Below are positions 53,816 to 64,000 of a DNA stretch of 64,000 nt, piece after piece; position 1 is the first letter of the stretch; each line of letters opens with the position of its first letter. Position numbers and translations under genes: made by a program. The notes beneath the pieces are model-generated. The model did not search any database, was not told where the DNA came from, and saw nothing but the letters and a program-made list of their open reading frames with translations. Origin of the DNA: Vicugna vicugna (lineage: Eukaryota); assembly GCA_013265495.1 (NCBI GenBank), contig MU058035.1, positions 11,175 to 75,174 of the forward strand. Direction: 5' to 3'.

Positions 53816-56800
53816 AACAGTCATAGAAATGTTCCTTCACTGAAATAAGTGGGAAGAAGTTCTAACATCTCCCATGTATTTTCTGTGTTTATCCTAAGGT
53901 TTACGTTGGGATTTCTATGGGTATCTGCTGTTTCTGCACAGTGTGATACACTCACCCCTGTGAACTGAGCCCTCTAGCTTTCCCTGCTGGGTCATAATCA
54001 CCTGGCCTTACTGAATAGACCATCAGGCATTATGGACCTTGTAGCAGCCTCTCCACACACACCCCAGACCCCTTTTCCTTCTCGTTTTGGACCCTTACCC
54101 AATCCTGCTCCAGCACACACGCGCGCGCACACACACACTTTTCTATCATCTGTCTGTTCCTTGGTACCACAGTAGAGCTTTGAAAGTTGTTTTCCAGCGT
54201 TGTGGCGTGTGTCTGTTCTGACACACGTGAAGCTGAGGTGGCACTGGTAGCTCATGCAGGAGGAAGGGGTGAAGGGGATTTACCTGAGCAAAGACGAATG
54301 TCTCAAAGTCTCAAACAAGAACAGTCATCTTTTCACTTTTAAGCAAGAGACTATCCTATGTCTTAAATTATTCTTTCTGAAAGATAGAAAAACAGTGTGA
54401 AAAATCCCCTTTAAGCACAAATTCCTTGAGTTTTTTTTTTAAGGAATCGGGAACCTGTAACTTCATAGCTTTTTACTTTTTACTTTTCCTTATGTGTATG
54501 TGTTTGAAAAACCGAAAAGTTACTCAGAGTATGTTAGTCCAAGTCTGTACTAAGTTAAATACCTCCATGTTAATACGCACGCACGCACGCACTCATGCAG
54601 TCTCGTTTACTTATTTCCAAGAGGGGAATGTTTTCTTTAGAGATGTAGCAAATCAATTATCCTCAATGTTGAAAATGGAATATCTCATTTCCAAACCTGG
54701 GGAAATGGCTGGACAAGAATGTTCTGTTTATATATGAGTTTAAAAACGTTTGATATTTACTGCTCCTCGCGAGGTTATTCAATACCAAAATGTAGCTTTC
54801 ACTTCTGTGCTGTCATGTTCGGTAGTAACATCACAGAATATATGTCATGGACTAGAATGAGCAGGTTTATTGGTTGTAACAAAAAGAAAGAGACAAAAAA
54901 TGAATTTTCTATGTTTAAACAGTCCTATCTTCATAAACTTCATAAATTATAGAAATCAAAATGTCCTTAAAAGCTATTTCCAGAGCCGATCTTTAAACAG
55001 CCTAAAAAAAAAAAGATAAGTATCTTAAATTAATAGTCTATTTTTATTATAATCATACTAAGAAAAGCTAAATCTGTGTATAGTGAATAGTTCAAAAAAT
55101 GGAAACATGAGATGTCAAAATTTTAAGAGTACATAGTGAGCATCGAGACAACGCATTTATTCTAATTGTAATAATTTTGATGCTTTCTTTTTCCCCCCTC
55201 AACATCCAGCATGATCTTCCCCATTAAGCGAGAAGCCTGGGGCTTGGTACCTGGCATCAGGGGAGGTTGGTAGCAGGAGAAGTGAGTTGCCAGGTAGACG
55301 TGAAGGTGGCAGTTTGAGCCACTGTGGCATTTTAGAGTCCATTTTTGGTTTTGCTGGGTTTGTGACTTCATGACAAGACTTGGTAGCTAGGGGAGGAAAT
55401 CAGACTCCTCATGCAGTATGAGCACCGAGGGTACTGCCTCCCGTACCTTCGGACAGAGCTAGGTCCTCAGGTATCCACTCCGCCCTCATGGCTCTTTACA
55501 CAATACTTGGAATTCTAAGGCAAAAGTCTTTCCATAGGCTCCTGACGCCGCGGCACATAGACTTCATGACCCCAAAGATGAATCAGCATTTGCAAAGCAT
55601 TTATGAGCCACCACTTCCAGCCCCTCAGCAGGTCCTAGAGGGGATCTTTCACCTGAGAACAGTCCCCCTGGAGGACGCTGTGGGCACCAGCACAGACCAA
55701 AGTTTGAAAGGTCTTTGAGGCATTGAGTTTAGTCTCCTTCCCTTTTCTCAGAATTCTCTCCTCAGAGAGTCACTCCTCTGAAAACCCAGAGTCTCTCCTC
55801 ACTCTCCACCTAGATTTAGCTCCCAGATTCCCCCCTTATTCTGCAGGTGATAGTGAAAAGCAGCTATCATCCATTTCTTCTTTGCCAGTGCCCTTTTAGA
55901 CAAGCCTGTTACAGACTTCTAGAATATTTCTGCATTCCTTTGGAATGCACTACATCATTTTGGAATAATACATTTATGACATTTGGTCATTTAAGTTTGT
56001 CTCCCCACTCAAGATACAGAGGGGAAATAAAGATAGAGATCTGCCCATTGCTGCTGGTAAAACCTGACTCAGAGAGAGGTGTGTGCCTGTGTAAATGGCA
56101 AGAATGCATGGAGTCACATGCTGTCAAACCAATTAGCAATACAGATGAGCTAGCGAGTCCAGTTCCATTTATGGGGGGGGAGGGGAGAAGTAAAATAATC
56201 TGTGTTTTTAAGTGTTTCTGAGAAATGAAGACCTCCAGGGCAGAGAGAAGGCGGGTCAGGAAATAGTTATGCAAATCACATGCCTATGAAATTACTAAAA
56301 CTTTGATCAGAGGCATTAACAATTGCTCCAGCATTCACAAGTATGAAACAAGGAATGAGTAAGACAGGGCATGTTTGGAAAGGATTACAAAATTGTTTAC
56401 TTACATGGTTTGTTGAGCAGTCAGTGAAGTCCAGGCTGTTTTGGACTTACGCTGCCCGAACAGTCCAGGTGTGACAAATGCAGGAACTTATTCCACCTCA
56501 TTAGTGACTCTTGGGGATCTCAGTGACAAAGAGTCAAAGTAACTGGACCTCATAGAAAGATGGCTTCTTCTTTTTTTTTCCACTCTCTTTCTAATAACAT
56601 AACTTCTCACCCTTCCACAGGCAATAGGAGGGGACCTGGATTCTTTGAACACCTAGTTCATTGGAAATACTAAATTGTGGTTTGTAGGCATTGTGTTTCA
56701 AGCCACCTTGAGATAATGGCTTGGGCTAAAGCAAACTTGGAAACTCAGCGGGGCAGTGACATACAAAGTGGAGAGTGTGACCACTCCCCTGGGCACACCC

Positions 56801-57910
56801 ATGGGTCCCTGTTCCCGGCTTGGTGGTCTTGGTGGCATTTGACAGTGAGGGCATTTGAGGCTGGCTCTAGTCTCAGTTCACAACTCTAGCCTCAGTTCAA
56901 GACTCATCTTCTTAATGCCTTTATTTGAGAAAAATAATGTTAAAAAGGGAACTGTCAGAACAGTTACAGAAAATAACACTCTTGTAGCTTTTTTTTTTTA
57001 AATCATGCCTATTGCTTTAAATGCATCATTTAAGTTATAAAGTCCCCCCAAATGGAATTGTGCTCGTTTAATTTCCTGGTGTGTTCATATCTCAGATAAC
57101 ACACTGGTTTCTCAAACATTTCTGTTGGGTGTGGAAAATTATTTATAGGAGAATAGAATAAAAGTAAACTTGAATGTTCCTAAATCTACATGTAATTAAC
57201 GCTTTGTGAATTCATGAAAAGATTCAGCCAGTCTTCAGACACTGAGTACCAGCAGCTACAGTTTTCTGGCCCTACTCTGTTAGGTGTGGAGTACAGAGTA
57301 TATGGAATAAAAACTGTGGATTTAAAATAAAAATTTTAGGGAATCATTTATGAATTTAAAAGTAAAAATGTTGGCTTTAAGTTAAAGCCAAAAGGAGAGC
57401 TGAGAGCTTCTGTTTTTCTTTTCTTTTTTTCCAAGTATTTGAAAACTCAAATTCTGTAAGAGATTATCTGTGAAATGCCTTTCTTTTATTACACCCATAA
57501 ATTTCAGGAGTGGCTTTGATCAAGCCTTCTGCCATTCTCGGTTTCTAAATCCTTTACTCATACGTTAATAACTTTAAAAACACTCATCCTATTTTTGTTG
57601 TAGTGAAAGAGGAAGTTTCTAAATAGTCAAAAGGGAAACAATGAAAATAGAACACAATAAATGATAACTAAATTAGGGTACTTTTTTTTTTCCCCAGAAA
57701 GAGCAGTGCTCCATGCTGCAACTTGCCAGAGTATTTTAAGATTGTCTGTCTGTAAAGAAAATGTACCAAAGAATTGAGATCCTCAGAGGAAAAGCATTAA
57801 AGAAATGTGAAGTATTATCAGTAACACACACTATACATAGAATAGTATTTGCCAGTCCTTCATACTTCCATCAGTGGAGTTTATTTTTCTGACTTATATT
57901 TAGTGTTTAA

Positions 57911-57929
57911 CACACACACACACACACAC
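57911..57929. repeat. (CA)n microsatellite
   Basis: Read directly: cacacacacacacacaca. Confidence 0.9.
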
Positions 57930-59074
57930 AACTTGCAAATCAAATGAGTTAATGCTCTGCCGGCTTCCTCTAGACATTGACCCGGGGGGTCAAACTCTTA
58001 GGAAAATGATGCCTGGTTTTCCATTCCCCTAATTCCAGTCCCTACCAACAAGCAAGTCCTATCTTTAAGTGGAAGCTCACAGAGAATTTCTCGAGAGAAT
58101 ATGTAGCTGCTTTGGCAACAAAATCCTCTCTCCAAAACGAGAAGAAAGAGTTGTTAACGGATGAGTCAATCCAGCTTTTATAGCAGTTTATCTTCGTGGT
58201 ATTTCCAAGAGCATAAATGTTATAAAAAAAGAGAGACGGTCATGACAGGAAGAACACAGTAGAAAAAAACAGGAACATTTAAGCCAAAAGCAATTTACTT
58301 TGCCAGTAACTGGTTACATTTCCTTTGTTTTATTATTATTATTGCAAGAGCTGGGGTTGAGATGAAAGTTTCCCACACCTGCACTGCCCTGACACGTAAC
58401 TTGTCAGAACCCACAGTGAAATAAATACATAAATGAATGCCTGCAACTCTGAGCTTCTAGACTGTTTAAGGGGAAAAAAAACAAAGTTTTGCTATACACT
58501 CTTAAAAAAAAAAGACTATAATTCACTAATATTTGAAGGAGTTAAAAAAAAAAAAGGAAAAAACAAAACACTTGGTTTAGATGTCAGAGCAGCCTGGAGC
58601 ACTGGCGTAGCCGATTCTCCTGGGATTAACACCTATAGAAATAGAGGTGACCTCACAATGGTGAATACTTGTTAATTTCATGGCACTGAGTAAGAAGAAC
58701 AGATGGGTAGTCAGAGAGGAAACATTTTTTAAAAACCACAGAGATCTTCCACTGATTCAGCATAAGAGTCAGTCAGTGGCCCACTGTAAAGAGGGTAATA
58801 CCTATGGCACATGGCACTTGGAGTTTTTTTGGAACTCTGTGACTGTAGTGGAAGTCTTGTCCTGTGCTACAGCAGCAGGACTGATGGGCACCCAAGTGCA
58901 CTGTCAAGTTTGTAGGATGCTGTCTGATGCCTGAAGTAGGCAGCAGTGCCCTTGTGCTACGTGGTATTTGAGAGTGTTTTCATTTGGGGAAAGCTCCCTG
59001 GTGACGGCCAGCCCAAGTTAATAATATAAACACCTCATTATGAGACAGAGTAAGTGTGCCTGTCTATGTGTTAG

Positions 59075-59315
59075 AGAGAAGTTACGTAAAACAGGGGCTC
59101 TGGACAAAGTCCAGTTGCCTGGGGTGGAATCCTTCTGCTACTAGTAACTGGTAGAATGACCAAAGACAAGGAATTTCATCTCTAGCTTAGTTACCTGGTC
59201 TGTAAAATGGGCATAATAATTGTGCCTTCATGTTGGCTTGTTTTGAGTTTTAAATGAGTTATTGTATGCAAAGGGCTGACTGGCATTCCTTCCGTATGAG
59301 CTATTACTATTATTC
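59075..59315 (+). mobile_element. MIR SINE remnant
   Basis: 'ggctctggacaaag...ctgtaaaatgggcataataattgtgccttcatg...tttaaatgagttattgtatgcaaagggct'. Confidence 0.8.
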
Positions 59316-60249
59316 AAGAATAATATTGAAACCATTTGTGCAAAGAGCATTGACTAGACTCTGTGAATGAACCAGGCCATTAGAATCCATATAAACCAGT
59401 GGATTATACACACATATAACAGTAGCTATGCATTTATTGCTTCACACTTTTTTTTTTTTAAGTAGAACTGACTAGAACCAGTGAAGCTATCAGTAGGTGT
59501 ACCGCTGGCTTCCAAGAATGACTTTGTTGGTAAAGAATGGTCTCATCTAAAGCACTGGAGCTGGTGTAACTCTAGAGTTTCAGGATTTGGGTTCTCTCTG
59601 TAAAGACCAGTCCTTAGCTGTCAAAGAGAAGGCAGCTTTTGGTTGGTCCAGGGTAGCTGGGAGGTGGTGAGGGCTGTTTCTTACATAAAGGAGTTAAAGA
59701 CCAGAGCTTCCACCTGAGCCCTGACCACCACACCACCAAGCATTTGTTTTCATTCACCTGCATAGCAAATGATATGTTTTCTTGACCATGTAGGAAAAAA
59801 AAACGTAATCTGGGGACCAGAATATTGCTCTCCCAAAAAGCCAGCCTTTCAATCGCAAAGCTTCACCTGGGGTCTCATGGATCCAAAAAATCTCCAGTTG
59901 TATTATGGGGGCTCCCCGCTAGTACTGCACACTCCGTCCCCCCCTCCCCCGCCCCGAGGCTTTGAACATCTGTTCTTCAGGCCATTTGTTCATTGCATGT
60001 AGGACAAAACTATGGCCCCCCTGAAGATGCCAGGCACAATAACAGAAAGCAGGAATTACAGGCTGTAGGTTTCCCATCTCAGTTCCCACAGCAAACTCAA
60101 GTCATTGGTGTATGTATGCAGAGCTCACAGGTGAGCAGGAAAGGTGAATGCAGTTTTCCAGGTGCCCAGTGTGACAGGTATACACGTGGACAGGTTGGTG
60201 AGCCCAGATCTTGAAGACACCACAGAGGTATATGTGGGCATCTTTATTT

Positions 60250-60520
60250 CCACTAGTCACTTGATGATTCAACAAATTCCTATTAGGCAGTGCTGCCCCT
60301 GGGTGAATGCCGGGGCAGATGAGAGATGAATCTGACATGGTCCTGCCCTGAATGACTCTCTAATTTAATATAATAATAAGGCACACGACACAGCTGAAGT
60401 ATAAATAATATAGTGGTACCCACGACCCCCATAAGAGAAGGTCAGAAAAGGAGTTCAGAGGGGAGACTAAAAGAGGTATTTGAGTTTGAGACTTGAGTGA
60501 TTGGTAGGATTTATCCAACC
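60250..60520 (-). mobile_element. L2 remnant
   Basis: 'attcaacaaattcctattagg...gagatgaatctgacatggtcctgccctgaatgactctctaat...tttgagtttgagacttgagtgattggtaggatt'. Confidence 0.65.
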
Positions 60521-61019
60521 ATACCTGAAAATATCAGTGTTCTTGCCTTCTTAGGAACAAAAGGCTCTTTCTCTTGATCAAATGCCATTTAGAGTTTTAA
60601 GATTGTGTGATCAGAATATTAGGTGCTAGTCTGTTCTAAATTTGTAATTCTCAGAATTTGCTGGGGAAGGGCATGTGCCTCGCTGGGTTCTGAAAACAGC
60701 TCAAAGAATGGAGAAAATAGACCCGATTTGAGGATGACTTACTGTCAGTTCCTGGAACCTTTGCCTTTATTTAAAACAGCCTGTTCAGTGCAAGTTCTCT
60801 CTATCTGAAAGGCCTTTGGGATTTGAAAGCTTTTCTGGAAATAAATGCCTTTTAGGTTTAAATGCTTTTTTGCCAAAATGTTAGGAAGGAAAGATCAGAC
60901 TAACAAGTCTTAGAACAGAGGCGATATTGTTTTGTTTTCTTTAATGAAATGCCTCAGACCTAGCCCAAGTTCTGTTTGTTTCTGTCAGCTTTGTGCTCGG
61001 CTATTATTTTGATAAGGGA

Positions 61020-61440
61020 CATGAAAGGGCAGCCTTCCCGCCCTCATTAAGGTCTTAGCACTTAGGTCAGTTGTGGAAACACTTCTGTGCTACACCAAGT
61101 CTTCAAACCAAAATAGTCCCCGCCCTGGCTCCAGGCAGAGGACCCTGTCAGTTCATGGAAGGTGGCATCAGGCTCTGACAGAGGAGCAGGAGGTCAGGAT
61201 CCAAAAACTGGCCAGATGAAATCACCAAGCCCGCACGGGGAGGTGGAGGGAGCCGAGCCCTCCCTGCCAGTCTGGCAGCTCCAGCCAAGTCCTCAGAGCT
61301 CATCCCACACACCCCGTGCTAGTCACTGCTGTGTGTTTACATGAGTAATGGAGCTGCTGGGGGAGGGGAGTTGTAAGCAGAGCGCTGCGCCTCGCAGCAG
61401 CTCTTGTTCGTTCGCATTCAGAGGGAAGCTGACGTCCACA
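61020..61440 (+). promoter_or_regulatory. ARID5B: Putative internal promoter of the short ARID5B isoform
   Basis: Locally GC/CpG-enriched and free of recognisable repeats. GC-box-like cccgccc near 61037 and 61118, ggggaggggag at about 61360-61370 and CRE-like TGACGTC at 61430-61436, directly upstream of an ATG-G|GT donor. The TSS cannot be fixed from sequence. Confidence 0.7.
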
Positions 61441-61540
61441 CCAAGTCAAGGCGAGCCCTCCAGGGACGTGGCCGGGAAGCAGTCACATGCTGTAGCTTTC
61501 ATGAGCACAGACAGCATCAGGCAGATGTTTGTCGACTGGA

Positions 61541-61544
61541 ATGG
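61541..61544 (+). CDS. ARID5B: Coding end of the alternative first exon of short ARID5B (ATG + G), spliced to exon 5 to give M-APNLKGRPRKKK...
   Basis: ggaATGG|GTAATC: strong Kozak context (G at -3, G at +4) and a phase-1 donor matching the phase-1 acceptor at 62983. Consistent with my recollection of a mammalian short isoform lacking about 243 N-terminal residues. Confidence 0.8.
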
Positions 61545-62982
61545 GTAATCGCTGCTTTTTCTTTGCTTGATTTTTTGTTTGTGAGTTTGTTTACCTTTGA
61601 TAATTCCAGGCTGGCTTTCTTAGATGGACTTTCAGACAAACGTTTTTTGGGAAGTAAGGGGAAAGCGGGTTTGGGAAGGAGGAGTCTGAACCCCAAAGCC
61701 ACTTTTTCTCAACTTTTGCCCGATTGTAAAGGCAGCTCTGTTTTACTGCATTTTGTCAACAGCAAAACTGTTATCCACAGTAGAAAATCAGATTAGTGGG
61801 ATTAATTGTGTTTATAAAATGGGTAAAATGTAAAATATCCTAAAACCACTAGTTAACTGCGTGACATAAGTGAGATTAACAACAATTAAGAGGGTTTGAG
61901 TTGTTCAGATTTTGGATGGTTATAATCATACCTTAAAGTAATAAAACGTGTGGGTACCTTGAAAGGTCCCCTAGTGAAATTGCTTAGGTTGTAATTCATT
62001 AGTCTGGAATTCTTCAAAGGCTATTCGGTTAGTTGGTTTGTTTTAATTTTGCTTGACTTGGGTGACTGATGGAGTTAAATGTGAAAGCTGATGCCGGACA
62101 GTCGTAGCACTCAATAAACAGCAGCCTTTTTTTTTTTTCTCTCCTGCTTTCTGTATGGATATTAAAAGGATTCAAGCTCAGCATCCAAGATGAAATATAA
62201 CTTTCATTTGCGTCTTGTCTCTGGCTTTTAAAAAGTGTAATCTCCAAGGAATCAGCCTAACTCCAATTCAGTGTGATCTTTGGAAGTTATTTTAAATAAA
62301 CCTCGAGATCTCCATAAAAGATATATATTGAAAAGGAAAGAAAAGCATGCTGACTTAAATGTGTCTGCCAAATTTGCTGAGATTTGAAACATGCTGGTTG
62401 TAATACTATTAGTAAATACATGTTTTCAGATTGTTACCGTGAATTTCTCTCTGTATAGTTTTCTTCTTACTTATTTGTATGATAATTTGGGGAAATGCTC
62501 ATGTCTCAACTTTTAAAGAGAGATGTTTTGAAACGTTACATCATAGTGATACCATAATGGCCTGGCATATAACTTAGGTTTCTGAAAACAAAAAGATACA
62601 AACCAAAAAACAAAGAATGATCTCAGAGCCTGGCTCTGGGCTGTCTTTCAGCCCAAAGTATTTCTTTTCTAACAATAGAGAAGTGCATTTCCCTTATCCT
62701 CATCCTTTAAAGCTAAAAGCTTTATTTATTTCTTCATGTTATTCATTCTAATTAGACACGTTCTGTGTAATAGGTGAGCTTTGGGAAACACGTACAGAAG
62801 TGTAGAGTCTACTTAGATGCCACCCCTTCAGGGAGAGGGAAGCGTGGAAGGAGGCTTGGCTACACAGATATGTACATTTCTCTGAACAATTAGAGGGTGC
62901 CGCTGGAGTAAGATTTTTGCTTTTTAATAAGGAAACCCATGCAAATGAAAATGTATCTCATTTGTTCTTCATTTGTTTTCAG

Positions 62983-63095
62983 CGCCAAATCTTAAAGGCA
63001 GACCACGCAAAAAGAAACCGTGCCCACAGAGAAGAGATTCATTCAGTGGTGGTAAAGATCCCAACAACAATTCCGATGGCAAATCCGTTGCCAAG
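62983..63095 (+). CDS. ARID5B: ARID5B coding exon 5 (human numbering), 113 nt; encodes (A)PNLKGRPRKKKPCPQRRDSFSGGKDPNNNSDGKSVAK
   Basis: Acceptor tttgttcttcatttgttttcAG ends at 62982; donor is AAG|GTACAG at 63096. The peptide continues ARID5B after ...ICDEF and includes the basic GRPRKKK motif. Confidence 0.96.
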
Positions 63096-64000
63096 GTACA
63101 GTCATTAAGCTCTGCGGTGTTTGTTTTGCTGCATCTTTTAATTTTTCCCTTTTCTCTCTGTCTCTCTGCTCCTGTGTCTTAGTGGCAGTTTTCAACTCAG
63201 AACGTGACTTTGGTATTCACAGCTCTCTAGCTGTGTCAGTTCCTGCCACCTCCCCTCCCCCGGTGGCGAGGGGGGAGGGGACAGTGGAGGCATTTTGATT
63301 AGTCAACAGAAAGACTTCCCACCTCCCAGTCTGGCCTGCTGGGTAAAGGACAGATGATTAAGCGCCCACGTCACTGAGGCTGCGATTTCATAGTAGGTGA
63401 CACAATGACATAGTTTACTCTGCTTGTATCAAAAATAGACCAGCTGAACCATCCTCTTTCTGAATGTGTTCATCTAAATATGTTTCAGAGATTAACAGAG
63501 GATGAAATTAGAAATGGCTAGAATTAATCCCTTTAGTTATTTTTTTTATTTTTCAAAGTCACCTCTGATTTACCTTGGAGTAAAATTAAAGACACATAGC
63601 CCAGTACTTACAGGTATACATATAATATATACATTTATATGTTTTCTAAGACCACTCTTAGTACAGAATGAAAGTCCAAATTCTAGACTATTTTTCAGGA
63701 CCTGGGACCGTTTGGCCTAAGCATTTTTTGGAATCTTGAAAGTGCATGCCTGAAGCATTTAGCACTAAGAAGGGTGAAGTGTCACTTTGTATTTTTAGGC
63801 TTATCTTTTTTTCCTTTTGTGGGCTAGGATCATATTTCCATGGTTCTGTTTATGGGGTGTTTGCGTTTAGGTGTTGTTTCTGTGCCAAAAACAACAATAG
63901 CCCCTTTAGGGCCTAAATTGAAGCCCGGATTTCAACTGACACCACGTTTCCAGATCCAAGGGCTCAACTTATGAAAATGGGAGCATTACTGGTGAATGTG

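Larger units (their letters stand above)
16743..62982 (+). other. ARID5B: ARID5B intron between exons 4 and 5 (46,240 nt, GT-AG)
   Basis: Bounded by the exon 4 donor and the exon 5 acceptor; the two exons encode contiguous ARID5B sequence ...SICDEF|APNLKGRP... Confidence 0.93.

Noticed and set aside
54113..54138. Short (CA)n(CG)n(CA)n tract
   Set aside because: Small ordinary microsatellite, much shorter than the tract at 35559.
54765..54774. Palindrome CCTCGCGAGG resembling the TCTCGCGAGA promoter motif
   Set aside because: Two mismatches to the motif and not in a CpG-island promoter context.
56865..56899. Two-copy 16-bp near-tandem repeat (and a similar pair at 12319-12358)
   Set aside because: Ordinary short duplications with only two copies; not an array.
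61404..61796. 130-aa ORF over the alternative first exon
   Set aside because: TTG start, out of frame with ARID5B, runs through the donor into the intron and has no recognisable homology.
63096..63182. Hydrophobic read-through tail VQSLSSAVFVLLHLLIFPFSLCLSAPVS after exon 5, suggesting a membrane-anchored isoform
   Set aside because: T-rich intron starts routinely translate as hydrophobic stretches, and nothing in the sequence supports a terminal exon here.
1..64000. CRISPR array, tRNA, rRNA, snRNA or a prokaryote-type gene cluster
   Set aside because: No regularly spaced repeats or structured RNA gene signatures were seen; B-box-like words such as ggttcgaaccc near 30182 belong to MIR SINEs.

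Overview
Mammalian genomic DNA lying wholly inside the ARID5B (MRF2/Desrt) gene on the + strand. It holds the end of the intron before exon 4 (human numbering), coding exon 4 (16512-16742, 231 nt), a 46,240-nt intron, coding exon 5 (62983-63095, 113 nt) and the start of the next intron. A GC-rich internal promoter and alternative first exon ends at 61544 (ATG-G|GTAATC) and would give the short isoform starting M-APNLKGRP. The rest is intronic: old repeats (MIR, L2, L1M, MER2/MER5/MER33/MER58/MER102-like DNA transposons, MaLR LTRs), two younger L1 pieces, microsatellites and long repeat-poor blocks. I saw no Alu, B1, Bov-tA/A2, PRE-1 or Can-SINE; this and the L1 3' end style suggest, tentatively, a camelid or related cetartiodactyl. 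Nearly all entries in the ORF track are spurious. The most notable unexplained structures are a perfect 39-bp inverted repeat with a 20-nt loop (27242-27339), a uORF cluster in the short-isoform leader including one that overlaps the main ATG after splicing, further fold-back micro-rearrangements, an inverted L1 pair, a 125-nt poly(T) tract and a (CG)8-containing alternating purine-pyrimidine tract. No prokaryote-type system or CRISPR array was seen. Repeat family names come from recalled consensus sequences, and repeat boundaries are approximate.
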